Source: Vermamoeba vermiformis
Lineage: Eukaryota
Assembly: GCA_045837725.1 (NCBI GenBank)
Contig: JBEWZL010000064.1
Location: 372,001-436,000, forward strand
Direction of reading: 5' to 3'
Length of the DNA: 64,000 bases
The notes beneath the pieces are model-generated. The model did not search any database, had not been told where the DNA came from, and saw only the letters and a program-made list of their open reading frames with translations. The translations under genes were made by a program, and so were the position numbers. Shown in pieces: positions 50,258-64,000 of the stretch (position 1 is the stretch's first letter; the number at the start of each line of letters is the position of its first letter).

Positions 50258-51937
50258 ATGGAGAACAATATGGATGTTGATGTTATGGAGGGTGGCAAAC
50301 GCACTCTTAAAGTAGACCTTCATACCCATATTATACCGAAGAATCTTCCGGATTTGAAGAAAAAGTATGGCTATGGTGGATTTGTCGACTTGGAGCACGA
50401 ATCTACTGGCAAAACTAAGATGATGATCGATGGCAAATTTTTTAGAGAAGTAGATCCGAACTGCTACAGCACGGAAGAAAGAATCAAAGAGTGCAATACT
50501 ACCGGAGTGGATGTGCAAGTCCTGAGTACTATTCCCGTTATGTTTAGGTACGTAATAAATTTATTCGATTTTTTGAGACGTAAATAACCGTTACATTTCA
50601 ATTTGCAATTTTGAAATATTTAATTTGAGATCTGCCCTTTCATTAAAGAATCTTACTGCTCTTAAATATCGGAAAATAATCGAAATTATAATAAGAAAAT
50701 CCAATAATTATAATGCACTTGTTGGCATTTCGTTTGCCGTTGGATCTCGATCGCGTGTCACATCTGCCTTCAGGCATGAATCTTTATACTCTTATTAACG
50801 AGTTATATAGCTACTGGGCCAAGCCTGAGCATTGCTTAGATTTATCGCAATATTTAAACAATCACGTAGCTCAATGCGTTGAAGAAAATCCTAAACGATT
50901 CGTTGGTACGCAGATCTGTCATTGACCAGTAATTGATAAGTAGCTAACCGTGTAATTATATAGGCCTTGGCACGTTGCCCATGCAGAAGCCCGAAATGGC
51001 AGCGACTGAGCTTCGTCGTTGCGTTGTGGATTTAGGTCTTTCAGGTGTTCAAATCGGAACGCATATAAACGATTGGAACTTGGACGCTCCTGAGCTATAT
51101 CCTGTTTGGGAGGTATGAGCGATCAATACACCTACCTATATTCGAATAGACATCATAATAACCATTCTTTTTTGTTGGATACGTTTTTGTTGGCTCAACA
51201 ATTTAATTTATTGTCTATAGGAAGCTGAGCGATTAGGAGCATCGATCTTCGTGCATCCATGGGACATGATGGGCAAAGAAAAGATGCCCAAGTACTGGTT
51301 ACCATGGCTGGTAGGTATGCCAGCTGAAACTTCATTGGCTATTTGCTCTATGATCTTCGGCGGCATCTTCGAACGATTCCCTAACCTTAAAGTGGCTTTT
51401 GCTCACGGTGGAGGTACTTATTAAGCTTTATTACTACCAATACTCGAATTTCATTCTTCGATCCATTTTGTACTGGCTCGGATCTCCATTACTCGGATAA
51501 TTCAACTCTGTTTTATGATACGTTTTGCTAAATAGCATATTATAGGTGCGTTTCCTATTACAGTTGGTCGTATTGAGCACGGCTGGTGGGTGAGGCCGGA
51601 TCTCTGCGCCATTACAAACAAAGAAAACCCTCGTAAATACTTGGGCAAGTTCTGGGTCGACTCTCTCGTGCACGACGAGAATGCATTGAAGTTTATCGTC
51701 GAGTTATTTGGTGCTGATAAAGTTTTCTTGGGCAGCGACTATCCTTTCCCTCGTAAGTAGATGCAGATCCGTTTTAACTCCGATAATATGCTTAATTATT
51801 GTTTTGTATTAGTCGGTGAGGATAAGCCTGGCACTCTTATTCAAAATGCTTTTGGAGACCAAGAAGAAATGAAGAGAAAATTATTAGAGTCAAATGCATT
51901 TGAATTTTTAGGTCTCAGCCGCGAGAAATTTTTGTAA
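50258..51937 (+). CDS. ACMSD: 2-amino-3-carboxymuconate-6-semialdehyde decarboxylase, multi-exon
   Basis: [69 protein letters not shown]. Confidence 0.96.
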
Positions 51938-52073
51938 TTAAATAAATAAATGTACCTTTACAATATTATATTTATTCACAAATATTTCGGTATTAATGGT
52001 ACACGATCCGCGCTAAAAAAAATTACGTGCATGGCTTATTTACATAATCAGTATTATTAGGAACGTTCTTCAC

Positions 52074-54201
52074 TTAAAAAGAAGGCTCCTTTGAAATAAA
52101 TTCTAGCAATCTTTGCTTCAACTGTTCGAGTGTCATGTGCAGGCAAGGAATTTCCAAATTAGTCGCTGCAGTTGAAAGGACAGTGTACGGAGCCTAAAAA
52201 TAACATTAGATCCGAACTATTTGCATTATTCTTTGCGTTTGTTAATACTTACGAACTCAATGAACTCTTTTGTAAGTCCAGTAGTCTCACAATATAGCAT
52301 TCTTGCTGCTCCAACATAACGACTACAAAAGTCGTTAGATCTCGCTTAGCTATTTAATATTAAGTTGTTACTGAACTTACCAAACGCCTTCTTGAAACAC
52401 TTTTCGTTCGTTTAAAGACCACGTTTCCGTAATATGAAGAAATCTCAACTTCTTTTCTTTGGCCATATTCACGAGCTCTTTCAGCTTTGCAATTTGTGCC
52501 TCTTCAGAATTGAGATTGATGCGATCTTTCCACTGATCTTGTTCTTCTTGGGGCAGCTTCGCTATCAACTTATTGACCAAACTGTCAATTGACAATGCTC
52601 GGACTGGCGCCTTGATGACTTGGTGACGACAGACAGGACATTGCTAAATAAGGAAATAATTAGATCGGCGGAACTTCACGAGGCTAATAATCATGCCGTA
52701 CCTTTTTCTTGATGAGCCACATCATTAAGCAATCTTTGCAGAAGCTGTGCGAGCACTCCAACATGTGCGTATTGAGTAACAAGTCCTGACAAATGCTACA
52801 CGTGAAATCCTCTTCAATTTCAGATCGTAGCAGTGTTTCTTCTTGCTTCGTCGTGTCTTTGATCTTTTTGACTAAATTCTTGGTATCGGCGCTGGACATC
52901 AATTTCTCGCCCATTTCATGGAATGAACACGCTATATTGCCAATTTCGTCATCAAATATCGCCCTTTCCCGCTCCTATAACGACACTATAAGCACTCGAT
53001 ACTTAATAATAGCGGCGGATCTATCTCTTACCTCGACGGCTTTCTCTCGTAGCTCAAGCTCCTCTTCTTTGACTCTCAATCGTTTCAATAATTCTTCTTC
53101 TTTCTTTCTCAGTGCAGCGATAAATTTCTCTTCTTTCCTTTGTAACTGCGCAATAAACTTTTCTTCAATCTTTTCTAGCTTAGCCTTTGTAACTTCATCG
53201 CACTCGCTCCAATTCAAGCACTCATCATTCGATAGTATATTATTTAGACTGTCATCTCGGCCTAATATCGAGCCCTGCCTTGACACGGACTCTGGTTCTG
53301 GATTCAGCTTCCGTTTTTTCGGCGAAATATTCTGACGTTCATCGTCTGTTGCTGCGCGTTTCTTCGACATAGACTGAGCTATGGCGTTGATATTCATGCC
53401 TGTACTAGCCACCGCTGGATTGGATGAGGACGGGTTTGCTTCTGCAAAAGAAAGAATTTAGCCGAAATTTCCCGGAGGAAAAAGCGTTAGCTTCGCACGT
53501 ACGAGTATTAAGCTTGAATTGATAGATCATATCATATGTGCCTCGTATTGACGTGCCAAGTGGTTGAATGCCCGCGACACCGAATCCGATCACATCTCCG
53601 TCACTTTGGAAAGGATAAATTAGATTCTAAGAGGACATATTATCATGAATATTGCTCCTTACGATAGTGTTGCCTCCAGTACACGCTTTCCATTGACTGT
53701 AATGCCGTTCAAGCTATTCAAGTCTCGCACAATGAACGTGTTTGAAAAGTTTTCGATTAGCGCGTGTTGGCGGGAAATAACATTTTGGTGCAGAGATGAA
53801 TTGAGTTGCCTATAGTATTGACGTTAATCTATATTACGCGACCAACGGGAAAAAAGATCTGAAACCCGCGAAAGAAAAATTAATGGATATTTAATTTGCT
53901 TACACGTGCACCGAGGAGCTTCGTCCAAATGTAGTCACAGGGCGGTGTAAATGAACGATTTTACAAATTCCTGGCGGCAGCGGTAGATTTGATATGTGGA
54001 TCAAATGTGCCTTGCAATCATCGTTGAGCTTTATATTCCAAAAATTAAATTAATAAATATTAAATTAATAAATATTAATAGCAGCGATTGTTAATCATAA
54101 CGTACCTCGGCAAGGATCGCGCGACTTTCATCCAGCTTGGGCCTCAACATTTCTGTTAAATCGAATGTTGTGCCTGGTCCTGGATCGCCCTCGTCATTCA
54201 T
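52074..54201 (-). CDS. FHA + coiled coil + RING E3 ubiquitin ligase (RNF8/CHFR-like architecture), multi-exon
   Basis: TFGRSS, ISRQHALI, RDLNSLNGITVNG (FHA); CSICQDLLLNTHMLECSHSFCKDCL...CPVC (C3HC4 RING). Confidence 0.85.
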
Positions 54202-54436
54202 AATAAAAATATTTATTAGAGTGGTGGCTTGGGGCACGACATTCGCTGGAGAAAATGATTTTCTTCATTTTTTTGACCGTTGTTGATCCTTTTTTCTCGG
54301 AATTTATCACCTATTAAATACCACTAAATCAACAGTTTATCATGTAATAGGGTGCCTTGTGGTATTTAATAATTGTTCGATGTTGTAAAAATGAAAAATG
54401 CAACGGTCACATTATTTTCACGGTGTGCAGTGACAG

Positions 54437-54785
54437 ATGAACACAAAACTGATTGTTGGTGCTACAGCGGGCTATCTCGCCGTTGTTAACGTGGGTGCCG
54501 CAGCACTGTTTTATTATGATAAGCAGCAAGCGTTGAATAACGGTTGGAGAGTAAGTGAAGTGCACCAGATTTTGGATCTACTATCTAACGAACCCCGACG
54601 CGTTGTGACTTCTTCTTAGTACGCTCATTTATTTATACGCAATTATTTAGGTCCGAGAAAGCACCCTTCAGCTTTCTGCTCTGCTTGGGGGTTGGGCAGG
54701 TGGCTTTTGGGCTATGGAAAAATTCAGGCACAAGACAAAGAAGCAGCCATTCCGCAATATGTACGTACTCGTATATTAGTACCCA

Positions 54786-54823
<38 letters not shown>

Positions 54824-55064
54824 CAAATATCCACGTCACTGATCTGTTTCTACAGTTACTTGGGTGCTGTTGCCGGCAATGTAGCATTAATGGGTGCTGG
54901 TGGATACATGTTGGCTCGTAAAGGCAATATTCCAATTCAAAGGTATGTGATTGCGTTAAAAATTGGCCACGCAGTTTACTAACCAGATGCGCAGTATTTT
55001 GAACTCAAAAGTTACTCAAGACATTATTAAACAAGCTATGCGCAAAGGAGGAAAGTTTAGGTAA
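54437..55064 (+). CDS. DUF1294 (YsdA-like) small membrane protein, 4 exons
   Basis: FYYDKQQA..GWRVRESTLQLSALLGGWAGGFWAMEKFRHKTKK, the typical DUF1294 signature. Confidence 0.85.
54789..54823 (+). repeat. Poly(T) tract of about 35 nt inside an intron
   Basis: Uninterrupted T run visible in the sequence. Confidence 0.9.
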
Positions 55065-55534
55065 CGAACTAAGGTACGGATGTAAGAATGGCCAGCTTTG
55101 AATTAAAATAAAATTTTATTTTGATTGTAATTATGTACTAGTCGCAAATTCGTTGAGTTTCAATGGAATAACTGCTTGAATTGTGATTACTTTATCTTTT
55201 TCTTAGTACGGATAAAGTTGCGGGTATTCTTTTGGTGACGTAATTCCGATCGGTTTGATCCACCGACCAAGTATTACCTCGTTGTCTAATGTAGTACCAT
55301 TTGCATGATATAGTCCATATATCTGAGCCTATTCTCTTGTATATAATTGAAACCGACGTCGTATTTCAAATAAAATTGAAAATTTTGCCGGTGTTTTTCT
55401 TTTTTTTATTGTATTTTTGTTTGAACATAGCGGAGCAGCTGAATAATTATATTATAGTCCTAACGATATAATTATTATAACCTCTATATTTAATACCGGA
55501 TCCAGCGTGTTTCATATTACGAGAGGTTTGAACA

Positions 55535-58500
55535 ATGTCACAGCAGACACCGCCAGAGCAGCCACCTGCCGAAGTAGAAATTAATTTTCTCTTCGTGCAA
55601 AAGTCACTGGCTAAAATAATTAAAGAGGCTCCTAGAAAGTTCAAACAAGTCAAGGATGAGGCTCAAAAAGTGCAAGGTAATTTTAAAAAAATAGTAATCG
55701 ATCAAATTTAGCCTTTCTTTGGCAAGAATATCGTACAATTATATTTTGCAAACGTACAATAATATTTATTTCAATAATTGATACTAATTTATGAAGTAGA
55801 TCTGATTCAAAAGATTTTGCCATCTCCAGCCGACAAAAAGGTTGCGCCTTATAAAGATACAATTACAGTACTGTAAGTAATATTAAGAAGATATCATACG
55901 CGTATTCTTTACAATAAGCCTCGCATACAATGAGCACAAGAATATCTTCCCGATGTCGGAGGAAAATTCTAAATACAACCGATTTACGATTAAATAATGA
56001 TGGCATTAAATGCAATAATATGGACATGATTTATTAAATGATATCGTATTAGCGAGAATGTTCCTGAAGGTGCAGATCCGATCACTGCTAATTGGGATGC
56101 GTTTGCCAACACTGTCTTTAATATTATGAAGCAAGCTCTCGAGACAAAAACAGCACCATTGATGGACGCCGCAGTCGATTGCATCCAGGTACGCAGCGTA
56201 ATTTTTGAAATTCGAAAATATTTTAATTTCAAAAATTGAATTCCCGCTTGGTAGTATTTATTAACCCAAATATTAATAGAAAATGCTTGCAAATGGATAT
56301 ATTACCGGTTCTACTTTGCAAATTGGTGCTGAGAAAGAGAACACAAAATTGATGGACAGCGTAGTTAAGACCGTGTCAGCCTGCTTTGATTTTCCCGATG
56401 ACAACGTTCAATTATTGATTCTGAAGGTAAGTATTGGCTTAAATACGAGCATATAATATGATACATTATCACGCACATTGGGTGAAGAAAATGTGTCACA
56501 CATACGAATGTGTACTGAGTTTACGATCTTTTTGTTTGAAAATTGACATTATTTTGTGTAATTTATCTGTAATATCAATGGCATATGATTAATTGAATTC
56601 TTTTTAGACATTTATGACTGCGGCAGTGACACCTTCGTGTGACATTCATGACAGTAACTTGATGAATGCTGTGCGCACGTGCTACAATATTTATTTGATT
56701 GCTAAAACACCCTCGAATCAAAACGCCGCCAAGACCAACTTGACACACATGCTCAACGCGATTTTTGTTCGCATGGCCGCGTTGAAGGGCACGCGTCATA
56801 CTCAACCACGCGAGATGGAAGAACCAAAAGACAACGGCACTGACAGCTTGGGACCTACGCCAGTGTTAGAAAGAAAAGCATCAAAGCGCACGAGCACTGA
56901 CAAGCCCGAAGCTGGTGGCATCAGCGAGACTCCGCCATTGACACCCGTCTCACTTGGCACGAGCGTTGAAAAGCTCCCTAATGGCACTGTTGAGAGCCGT
57001 AAATCGCTTGAAGAACCTCGTCCTAGTGAAAGCACCGCTAATGGCACGAGCGAAGAGCACAAAGAAGGTGAGCCAAAGAGCGAAGAGAAGAAAGAAACCG
57101 AGCAGAAAGATGAGAACAAGAAGGCTGAGCCTATTGCTGACGAAGTGTACGTACAACACACTCGAAAATGATCGCCTAAACTAATTACCGTGATTTACAG
57201 GGCTAACGGAGAATTGATTTATCACGACTCATACCTTGTATTCCGTGCCTTGTGCAAACTTTCAATGAAAGAAATCCCGCCAAAGTACGTAATAATTCAA
57301 TTGAGGCTTTGAAGACATGACTAACGAATGAATTGTAGTGTCAGCAACAACGAACAGTCATTTGATGTGGTCAGCAAAGTCCTGTCATTGGAATTGTTAC
57401 TTAGCATCATCGAGACTCACGCTGGCTCGATTTTCAAATTCAACGAGCGATTCATTATCGACGCAATCAAGAAGTATCTTTGCATTTCTATCTTGGCCAA
57501 TGGTGTCTCGCCAATTCCAAAGATTTTCCGCTTGTCCATGTCAATTTTCTTGGCGTTGATTGCTCAATTGAAAGAATACATGAAGGACGAAATCGAAGTT
57601 TTCTTCGAGAAAATCTTCTTGCGTGTCTTGGAGAGCTCAAACAGTACCGTGCAACAAAAGTGGATGGTCATTCAAGTGTTGCACAAAATTTGCAAGAAAC
57701 CGCAAATGCTTGCCGATATTTTCTTGAACTACGATTGTGACCCTGGAGGCAAGAACATTTTCGAATCGTAAGCGTCATACTTTCACGTCATAATATTGAG
57801 TGCGTACTGATGAAATTATCACAATAGAATGGTTAAAGACTTGGCTAAGGTCGCTCAAAGTGGCGGTGACGCTGATGTTAACAGCGCTCAAAAAGAAGCC
57901 GCGCTTAAGACCCTTGCACTTGAGGCCGTTGTCATGGTTCTCAAATCAATGGTTGAATGGAGTCAAGAACTGTACGAGCCTCCAGATGCCGCTGATACTT
58001 CAGCTAGTGTCACCGAGTCTGAGAGCATTGCTGTCGATGACGAGCCTGTCAGTTTGCAATCGCAATCTAGCCGTGTTTTGACACCCGACAAGTTTGAACA
58101 ACAAAAGCAATTCAAGCTGCAAATCGAGAAGGGCTGCGAGATCTTCAAAGCTGCCCCGAAGAAGGGTGTTCGATATTTCATTCAAACTGGCTGCACGACC
58201 AACGATCCTAAGGACATCGCCTTGTTCTTGAAGAACACTCCGGGCATTGACAAGTCAAAGTTGGGAGAGTACTTGGGAGAGCGGTACGTAGATAATACTG
58301 ACCATTGCATCATTTTCTAATGTTGCTTTAGTGACAACTTGGCCATCCCTGTGTTGCACGCGTATGTCGACAGTATGGACTTCCGAGAAATGGAAGTCGA
58401 TAAGGCTTTGAGGTAAGCAAAGAGTTATAGTCTTGTAAGTTTCAAAGAGGACGCTAACGTGAGTATTTTCTAGAAAATTCTTGTGGGACTTCAGATTGCC

Positions 58501-61500
58501 CGGTGAAGGTCAAAAGATTGATCGTATTTTGGAAAAGTACGCTGAAAGATACTACGCGCACAACCCGAACTCTTACTACGTGACCGCTGATGTCGCGTAC
58601 ATGGTCTCCTTCGGCTTGATTCTTTTGAACACTGACTTGCACAATCCCATGAACAAAGTCAAGATCACTTGCGCAGACTGGAAGAAGAATCTCCGTACTC
58701 TCAGCGATGACATGAAGAACTTTGATGACGCGTACTTGGACGTTTTGTACGAGAGAATCGCCGCCGAGAAGATTAAGTTCATCGACGACGAGTTGCGCTA
58801 CGGCAACATGAGCGGCGTACTGCCCACTGTTCCTCGTAAGTAGCTTCTTACAATTGCAATATTATCCATTACTAACAACGGATTGTCACAGAGGGACTTA
58901 AAGACCCCAAACAAAAGCTTGCTCTTTTCAATCAAGAGACTCAAACAGTCATCAAGAAAACTCAAGAAGAGATCAAAGAAAAGATGAAACGCAAGGCTGT
59001 TTATCACCGTGCTTCTAACCCCGGCTACGTCAAGCCTATGATGGCCGTCACTTGGCACACGATTCTTGTTGCTCTGAGCTTCGGCTTGGACGAGAATGAT
59101 GACGCCAAAGTCATTCACACCTTGTTGGAAGGCCTGAAAGGTGCTATTCGTGTCACTTCCATCTTCGCCATGGACATTGAACGTGATGCCTTTGTCACTG
59201 CTTTGGCCAAGTTCACTTGCCTCGACGGTCTCCGCGAGATGAAGCCCAAGAACTTGGAAGCTGTTGCCGCTTTGATTGAAGTAGCTGAGGCCGACGCCAA
59301 CTCTCTCAAGGACTCGTGGAAGGAAGTTTTGCGTAACATTTCCCACTTGGAGCGATTGTACTTGCTTGGATCTGGTGGCAAGATTGACGACTCGATGGGC
59401 GCTGATAAGCCTGGACCTACTGGCAACAAGGGCACGGTCAATTTGCCTGCTAACCGTCGACCTGTGAAGACTAACTTCGATGACGTCAATGCCCCGTTGA
59501 TTGCTTCAAAAGTTAAGCCCGCAGTTATTGACCGCATCTTCACTAACAGTGTCAAGTTGAACAAGTAAGTCAGCCCTAAGAAGTTCTATTAGAACGTGTT
59601 TCTAACCATCTTTAGCAATGCAATTATCGACTTTGTCACGTCTCTGTGTACAGTATCAAAGGAAGAAGTCGCTTTGCCCAACCCACGCATTTTCAGCTTG
59701 CAAAAGTTAGTCGAAATTGCTACCTTCAACATGAACAACAGAATCAGACTTATTTGGGTCAAGATGTGGAAGATTCTTGCCGATCATTTCACTAGCGCTG
59801 GCTCACACGAGAACAAGCGTGTGGCCATGTACGCCATTGACTCGTTGCGTCAGTTGTCCATGAAGTTCTTGGAGAAGGACGAGTTGGCAAACTTTAACTT
59901 CCAAAAGGAGTTCTTGAAGCCCTTCGAGTACGTAATTAATGGACACTTAAAGCAGGTCATAGTACTAATGTTTGACAAACAGAGTTGTATCAAAGACTGA
60001 GTCACGCGAGATCCGCGAGTTAGTTTTGCGTTGCTTGTCACAAATGATTATGGCCCGTGCTGTTGCTATTCGTAGTGGCTGGAAGAGCGTCTACACCGTA
60101 TTGACGAGCTCTGCTTATGACAACGACGAGGTACGCCAAAGCTTTTGTTCTCTGTCTTTTAACACACGTGCTAACTCTCAATTAGACGATCGTCAAGCTT
60201 GCTTGGGACACCATCGAGCTGATCCGTGTCAACTTCATGAACATGGTCATCGAACAAAGTTTCTTCCGCGAGTCTGTCACGTGCTTAGGTGCATTTGCTT
60301 CATCTTGTAAATTCGTTGAAATTGCCATTAAGTAAGTCCCTGTAGAGTAATACTCGGGTGTAGAGAAGTGTGACTAACATGTGCTTTCAGGGCTATTGAA
60401 GCATTGTACAACTCAGCCGAACAACTCGCTAGTGGACAAATTATGTTGGTTTGGGAACGCAAGCATCAACAAGATGAAGCTGCAGCTAACAAATCACCGC
60501 GCTCAACACCTCAAGCCAGCCAAGATGACCTTCAATCGAGCGACATGGTCTCACCGCGAGACAAGACCTCGCCTACTGCTCGTGTGCACATGATGTGGTA
60601 CGCTATTTTCTCTGGCTTGACTGGAGCTTTGCACCACGCCAACATGGACGTCCGAACTGAGTAAGTCACTTGCCATAAAAGGAAATCTGAACGGAGATTT
60701 AACGATTGCAATAGGGCTATTGACATGTTGTTCCGTGCCTTGAGCATGTTTGGCTTTGAGTTTGATCCAAAGCTCTTGTCGATGGTCATTGAAAGGATAT
60801 TGATCCCTCAATTCGGTACCATGTTCCCTGCTGCTGGTGAGAAGATGGCTGATATCGATGAGGAGTGGCTCGTGACCACGTGCTTGAAGGTCTTGCACAA
60901 TTTAGTCTTGATCTTCTCGTCTTTGTTTGATAAGATCCCAGCCTTGCTCACTGCCATGCTTGACTTGCTGACCAAGTTCATTGTGGACGGCAACGAGTCC
61001 TTGGCTACCTTTGGAGCTACCTGCTTGGAACTCTTGTTGTCATTGACTGGTGAAAGATTCAACCCCGAACAGTGGTCACAAGTCACAACGACCATCAACT
61101 CGACAGTACGCAGAGTTTGCCCTGTCGAGCTGTTTGACCCTGAAGAGCCACCTGCTCCTGAAGTACCCGAGGAACAACCTGCCCCTGAAGCTAACCCGCG
61201 ACAAAGCGCTGAAGGCACGGCTGCTGCTCCTACCTCTAACCAAGGCTCCTTGTCTAATAGCAATACTTCTAACCCCACCAAGTCTATGGGATCTATGGGC
61301 TCAATGGGCTCGATGGGCTCTATGGGCTCCACGGGCTCTTCCATGGGCTCCATGGGTTCAATGGGCTCGATGGGATCGATGGGCTCAATGGGTTCGATGG
61401 GATCAATGGGCTCGATGGGTAATAAGGGCGGCTTCAACAAGCAAAACAGCCAACGCGACCTCAAGTTGAACCTTGGCAAGCTCTCACGAAGTAACTTGTT

Positions 61501-62370
61501 GGCCCCTTCAACACCCACTGCTACTGGCAGCAACACTGGCACACCAAACACAGCTCAAGGAACCAACCCGCTGACACAATCTAACGCCAGCACTCCTGCC
61601 CCGCCACAAACACCCACCCCTACTCCCTCGCGATTTGACGAGAAGTACTTGAGTGGCAAGATCCGCGTGCAAAACTTGGTGTTGGCAATGATCAAAGAGA
61701 AGTGTCTAGAGAACAAACTGCTCTATCCTATCTTGAGCACCGAACACATTGTCAACTTGCTCGATGCGCTCTTTGAGGCCTATGAATTTGCTCACCGAGT
61801 CTTGGCCAACGAACCAATCCGCGAGGCTCTGGATCTTGGTAAGTCAAAAATGACATTTTGACACTTTTGACATGTTTGCTAACCATGCGCAGGTCTTGTT
61901 GATTTGTTCATGAAGCAAGAAAGCTTTGCTATTTCAACGTACTTGGACTCGATCTTTAGATTGTACGCTGAAGAAGGCCCTGACAAGCAACAACGAAACC
62001 AGATCGCGGAACAGCGCATCTTAGAGTACGTCAGACACGCACTTGCCTAATTAGGAAAAAGTACTAACGTTATCTTTATAGCAATATGAAGTTATTGGCT
62101 GATGGATACGTCGACGCTGTTAAACAAAAGCGAGAAGCTGGATCTAAAATCAGCGCTAAGCAGCTGAAAGTTATTGGCGGCGAGATTCCTATTATCACAC
62201 AAGTATTGAAGGGACTGTTGACTATGACAGACGATCAGTTCGAAAAGTATATTCCTGTCTTATACCCAGTTTTGACCGAGCTGATCGGATCTGATAACGA
62301 AGATATCCGAGATAATTTGAAGACGCTGTTCACTCGTGTCGGAAAAATCAAGATTTATGGACAAAAATAG
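55535..62370 (+). CDS. ARFGEF: BIG1/BIG2/Sec7-type large Arf guanine nucleotide exchange factor, multi-exon
   Basis: AVRTCYNIYL, VFRALCKLSMK, KVLSLELL, FLNYDCD, Sec7 catalytic FRLPGEGQKIDRI, LNTDLHNP, FSLQKLVEIA, YAIDSLRQLSMKFLEK, IRSGWK. Confidence 0.96.
61283..61420 (+). repeat. Coding 9-bp tandem repeat encoding (Ser-Met-Gly)n
   Basis: 14 SMG units plus one STG within 46 codons, with varied synonymous codons (TCT/TCA/TCG/TCC; GGA/GGC/GGT). Confidence 0.95.
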
Positions 62371-62743
62371 AAAGATAATATCGAAACAAGAAGTTCGATA
62401 AGATCAACCGCGTAATATTTATTTTTGTTTTTTGTACAAAGAACCAATTCATCAATAATAAAATTTGCTTTAAGAATCTTTGCATTGCTTGAAGTGTCAT
62501 ACTTGTTCATACTTTATAACACTTCGTACCGCACAAGGGATGTCACCTTGTATTGAACATTCGTAAATTGACAGGTGGTTTTGTGTGTAGAGAAAATATT
62601 ATTATTATTTTTAAAAATTTTTTTTTTTTTTTTTGGCAATTTCAGTTTAACCCATATTGTACCTTAGATTACTTCACTGAATAATTGTTTCGAGGCATGT
62701 ACAAACAAATACATTTATTTATTTAGTACGTAAACAATCGGAT

Positions 62744-64000
62744 TTAGTCGTCTGGATTATCGGCGAAGTCAAACTCGTAATTTTCGTCGTCACTGCTATT
62801 TGAAGGGTCCTCTCTCTCATTCGGATTGAAGACTCGAAGAGTACTTGCCAACTCTATATTGACCGTTAGTATTGTGTTAAGTTGCTCTCTTCGTTACAAT
62901 CTTATCGTACCGTCGGTAGGAGCTCCGTACACGATGAACGAAGCAATGTCGATGTTCACTTTATCACCGCCAGAGTTCAGCATCTCTATATTCAAGCGTA
63001 TATTAATCGAAGTTTCTTGGTAGTTAAGGGGTATGCGTACTTAATACAAAGTATCTGGCCACTGGAAATGGGAACTCAAAGTTAATGTAGGTGGTGCGAT
63101 TACGACTATCAGAAAGACCACCAAAGTACGCGACAGGACACTTTGCCTTCTTCAAAGCTCTATTATACTGGTTAGAATACCAATACCTTTACTATTAATC
63201 GCACTTACTCTACGTCGTTGTTGAACACCTCGCTTAATTTGGTCCATTGGTCTTGTGTGTACGAGTCAAACTCGACCAACTCTTTGAGATCCGGCTTTTC
63301 GTCAAACAGGAAAATTAAGCCTGATTCAATAGGAGCTGTGTATCTGATATAAATATGTTAATATGAGTTGAATGGGGTGCTATGTATTGATGGGCACTTA
63401 CCCCCAACTGGGTCCCTCAATTTTGATCGAGCGAATGAAGCTGAGTTTGTCCTCTTGCACGCCCATTACAACGTTAATATTCTCAGTTCTAGGGCTTGTA
63501 GTGCAATATACTCGGTATCTATCGTCGATAATCAAGTTATTTGCCGAATAATTATGATCATATTCGCCTAAAAAATAAGAGCAAAAGTGAGATCTAGGCA
63601 GAATGGAAAATAATAACAAACTGGTATCGTACCTCCATCAGTGCTAATAACAGTCAATGGGACATATTTGGATTTAAATGGCCCAGGCTTTCCGGCTTCA
63701 AATTCTAGTAAAAGCAATGTTAGATCAGGCCAGATCTAACCAGCTGTATGAAGTACTTACTAAGCCGGTTTAAGTAGAGTTTTTGAAATATTTCTTGGCA
63801 GTTTTGGTTGGTAGCGTACGATGAAGTCTTGAAGCAAGTCATAATCTGATCCCGCCATAGTTCTAAAGAATAAATTATTTTAATGCTCGATCTGAATTAA
63901 TTGAACTTATAATAGGAAATTTTGACGTGTAGATTAATGAATAATCTATTTTACCAGCAGAAAATATCGGCTGATAATTGAGTGAAAAGCATTAAGACTA
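62744..64000 (-). CDS. 3' part of an uncharacterised multi-exon gene
   Basis: Several GT-AG-bounded exons (TAPIESGLIFLFDEKP..., FPFPVARYFVLKML...NIDIASFIVYG, acidic C-terminus ending at 62744); 5' end outside window. Confidence 0.5.

Noticed and set aside
60808-61551. 247-aa minus-strand ORF with (PIE/PID)n
   Set aside because: Reverse complement of the SMG repeat in the Sec7 GEF.
1-64000. tRNA/rRNA genes, CRISPR arrays, alternative genetic code
   Set aside because: No cloverleaf, rRNA-like or repeat-spacer pattern seen by eye; stops interrupting ORFs are explained by introns, and conserved genes translate with the standard code.

Overview
Gene-dense, AT-rich, intron-rich eukaryotic DNA: short GT-AG introns with GTAAGT/GTACGT donors and CTAAC-like branch points, standard genetic code. 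The gene content (HRDVAARN/GPIRxMAPES tyrosine-kinase-like fragment, serinc, TMEM43, FAM91A1, ACMSD) suggests a free-living protist, probably an amoebozoan; this is inference. About 28 spliced genes can be assembled by hand, mostly housekeeping (ATAD2/Yta7, Tat-SF1, APC4, PRPS, GOT2, BIG-type Sec7 GEF, FHA-RING ligase). Highlights: (1) a head-to-head ergothioneine pair (Egt1-type sulfoxide synthase plus separate EgtD methyltransferase) directly next to a bacterial-type Fe-S/CCG oxidoreductase with a mitochondrial-like presequence; (2) a 280-aa minimal DEG/ENaC-like two-TM channel lacking the Cys-rich domain and GxS filter; (3) an intact but strongly diverged V-ATPase B paralog without the arginine-finger motif, followed by an ATG-less ORF in the -1 frame; (4) a 313-bp MITE with 28-bp TIRs and an 8-bp TSD; (5) a very large helical-repeat/coiled-coil protein; (6) a deletion-riddled local duplication that may be an assembly artefact. 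Exon boundaries were read manually and family calls come from motif recognition, not database searches.
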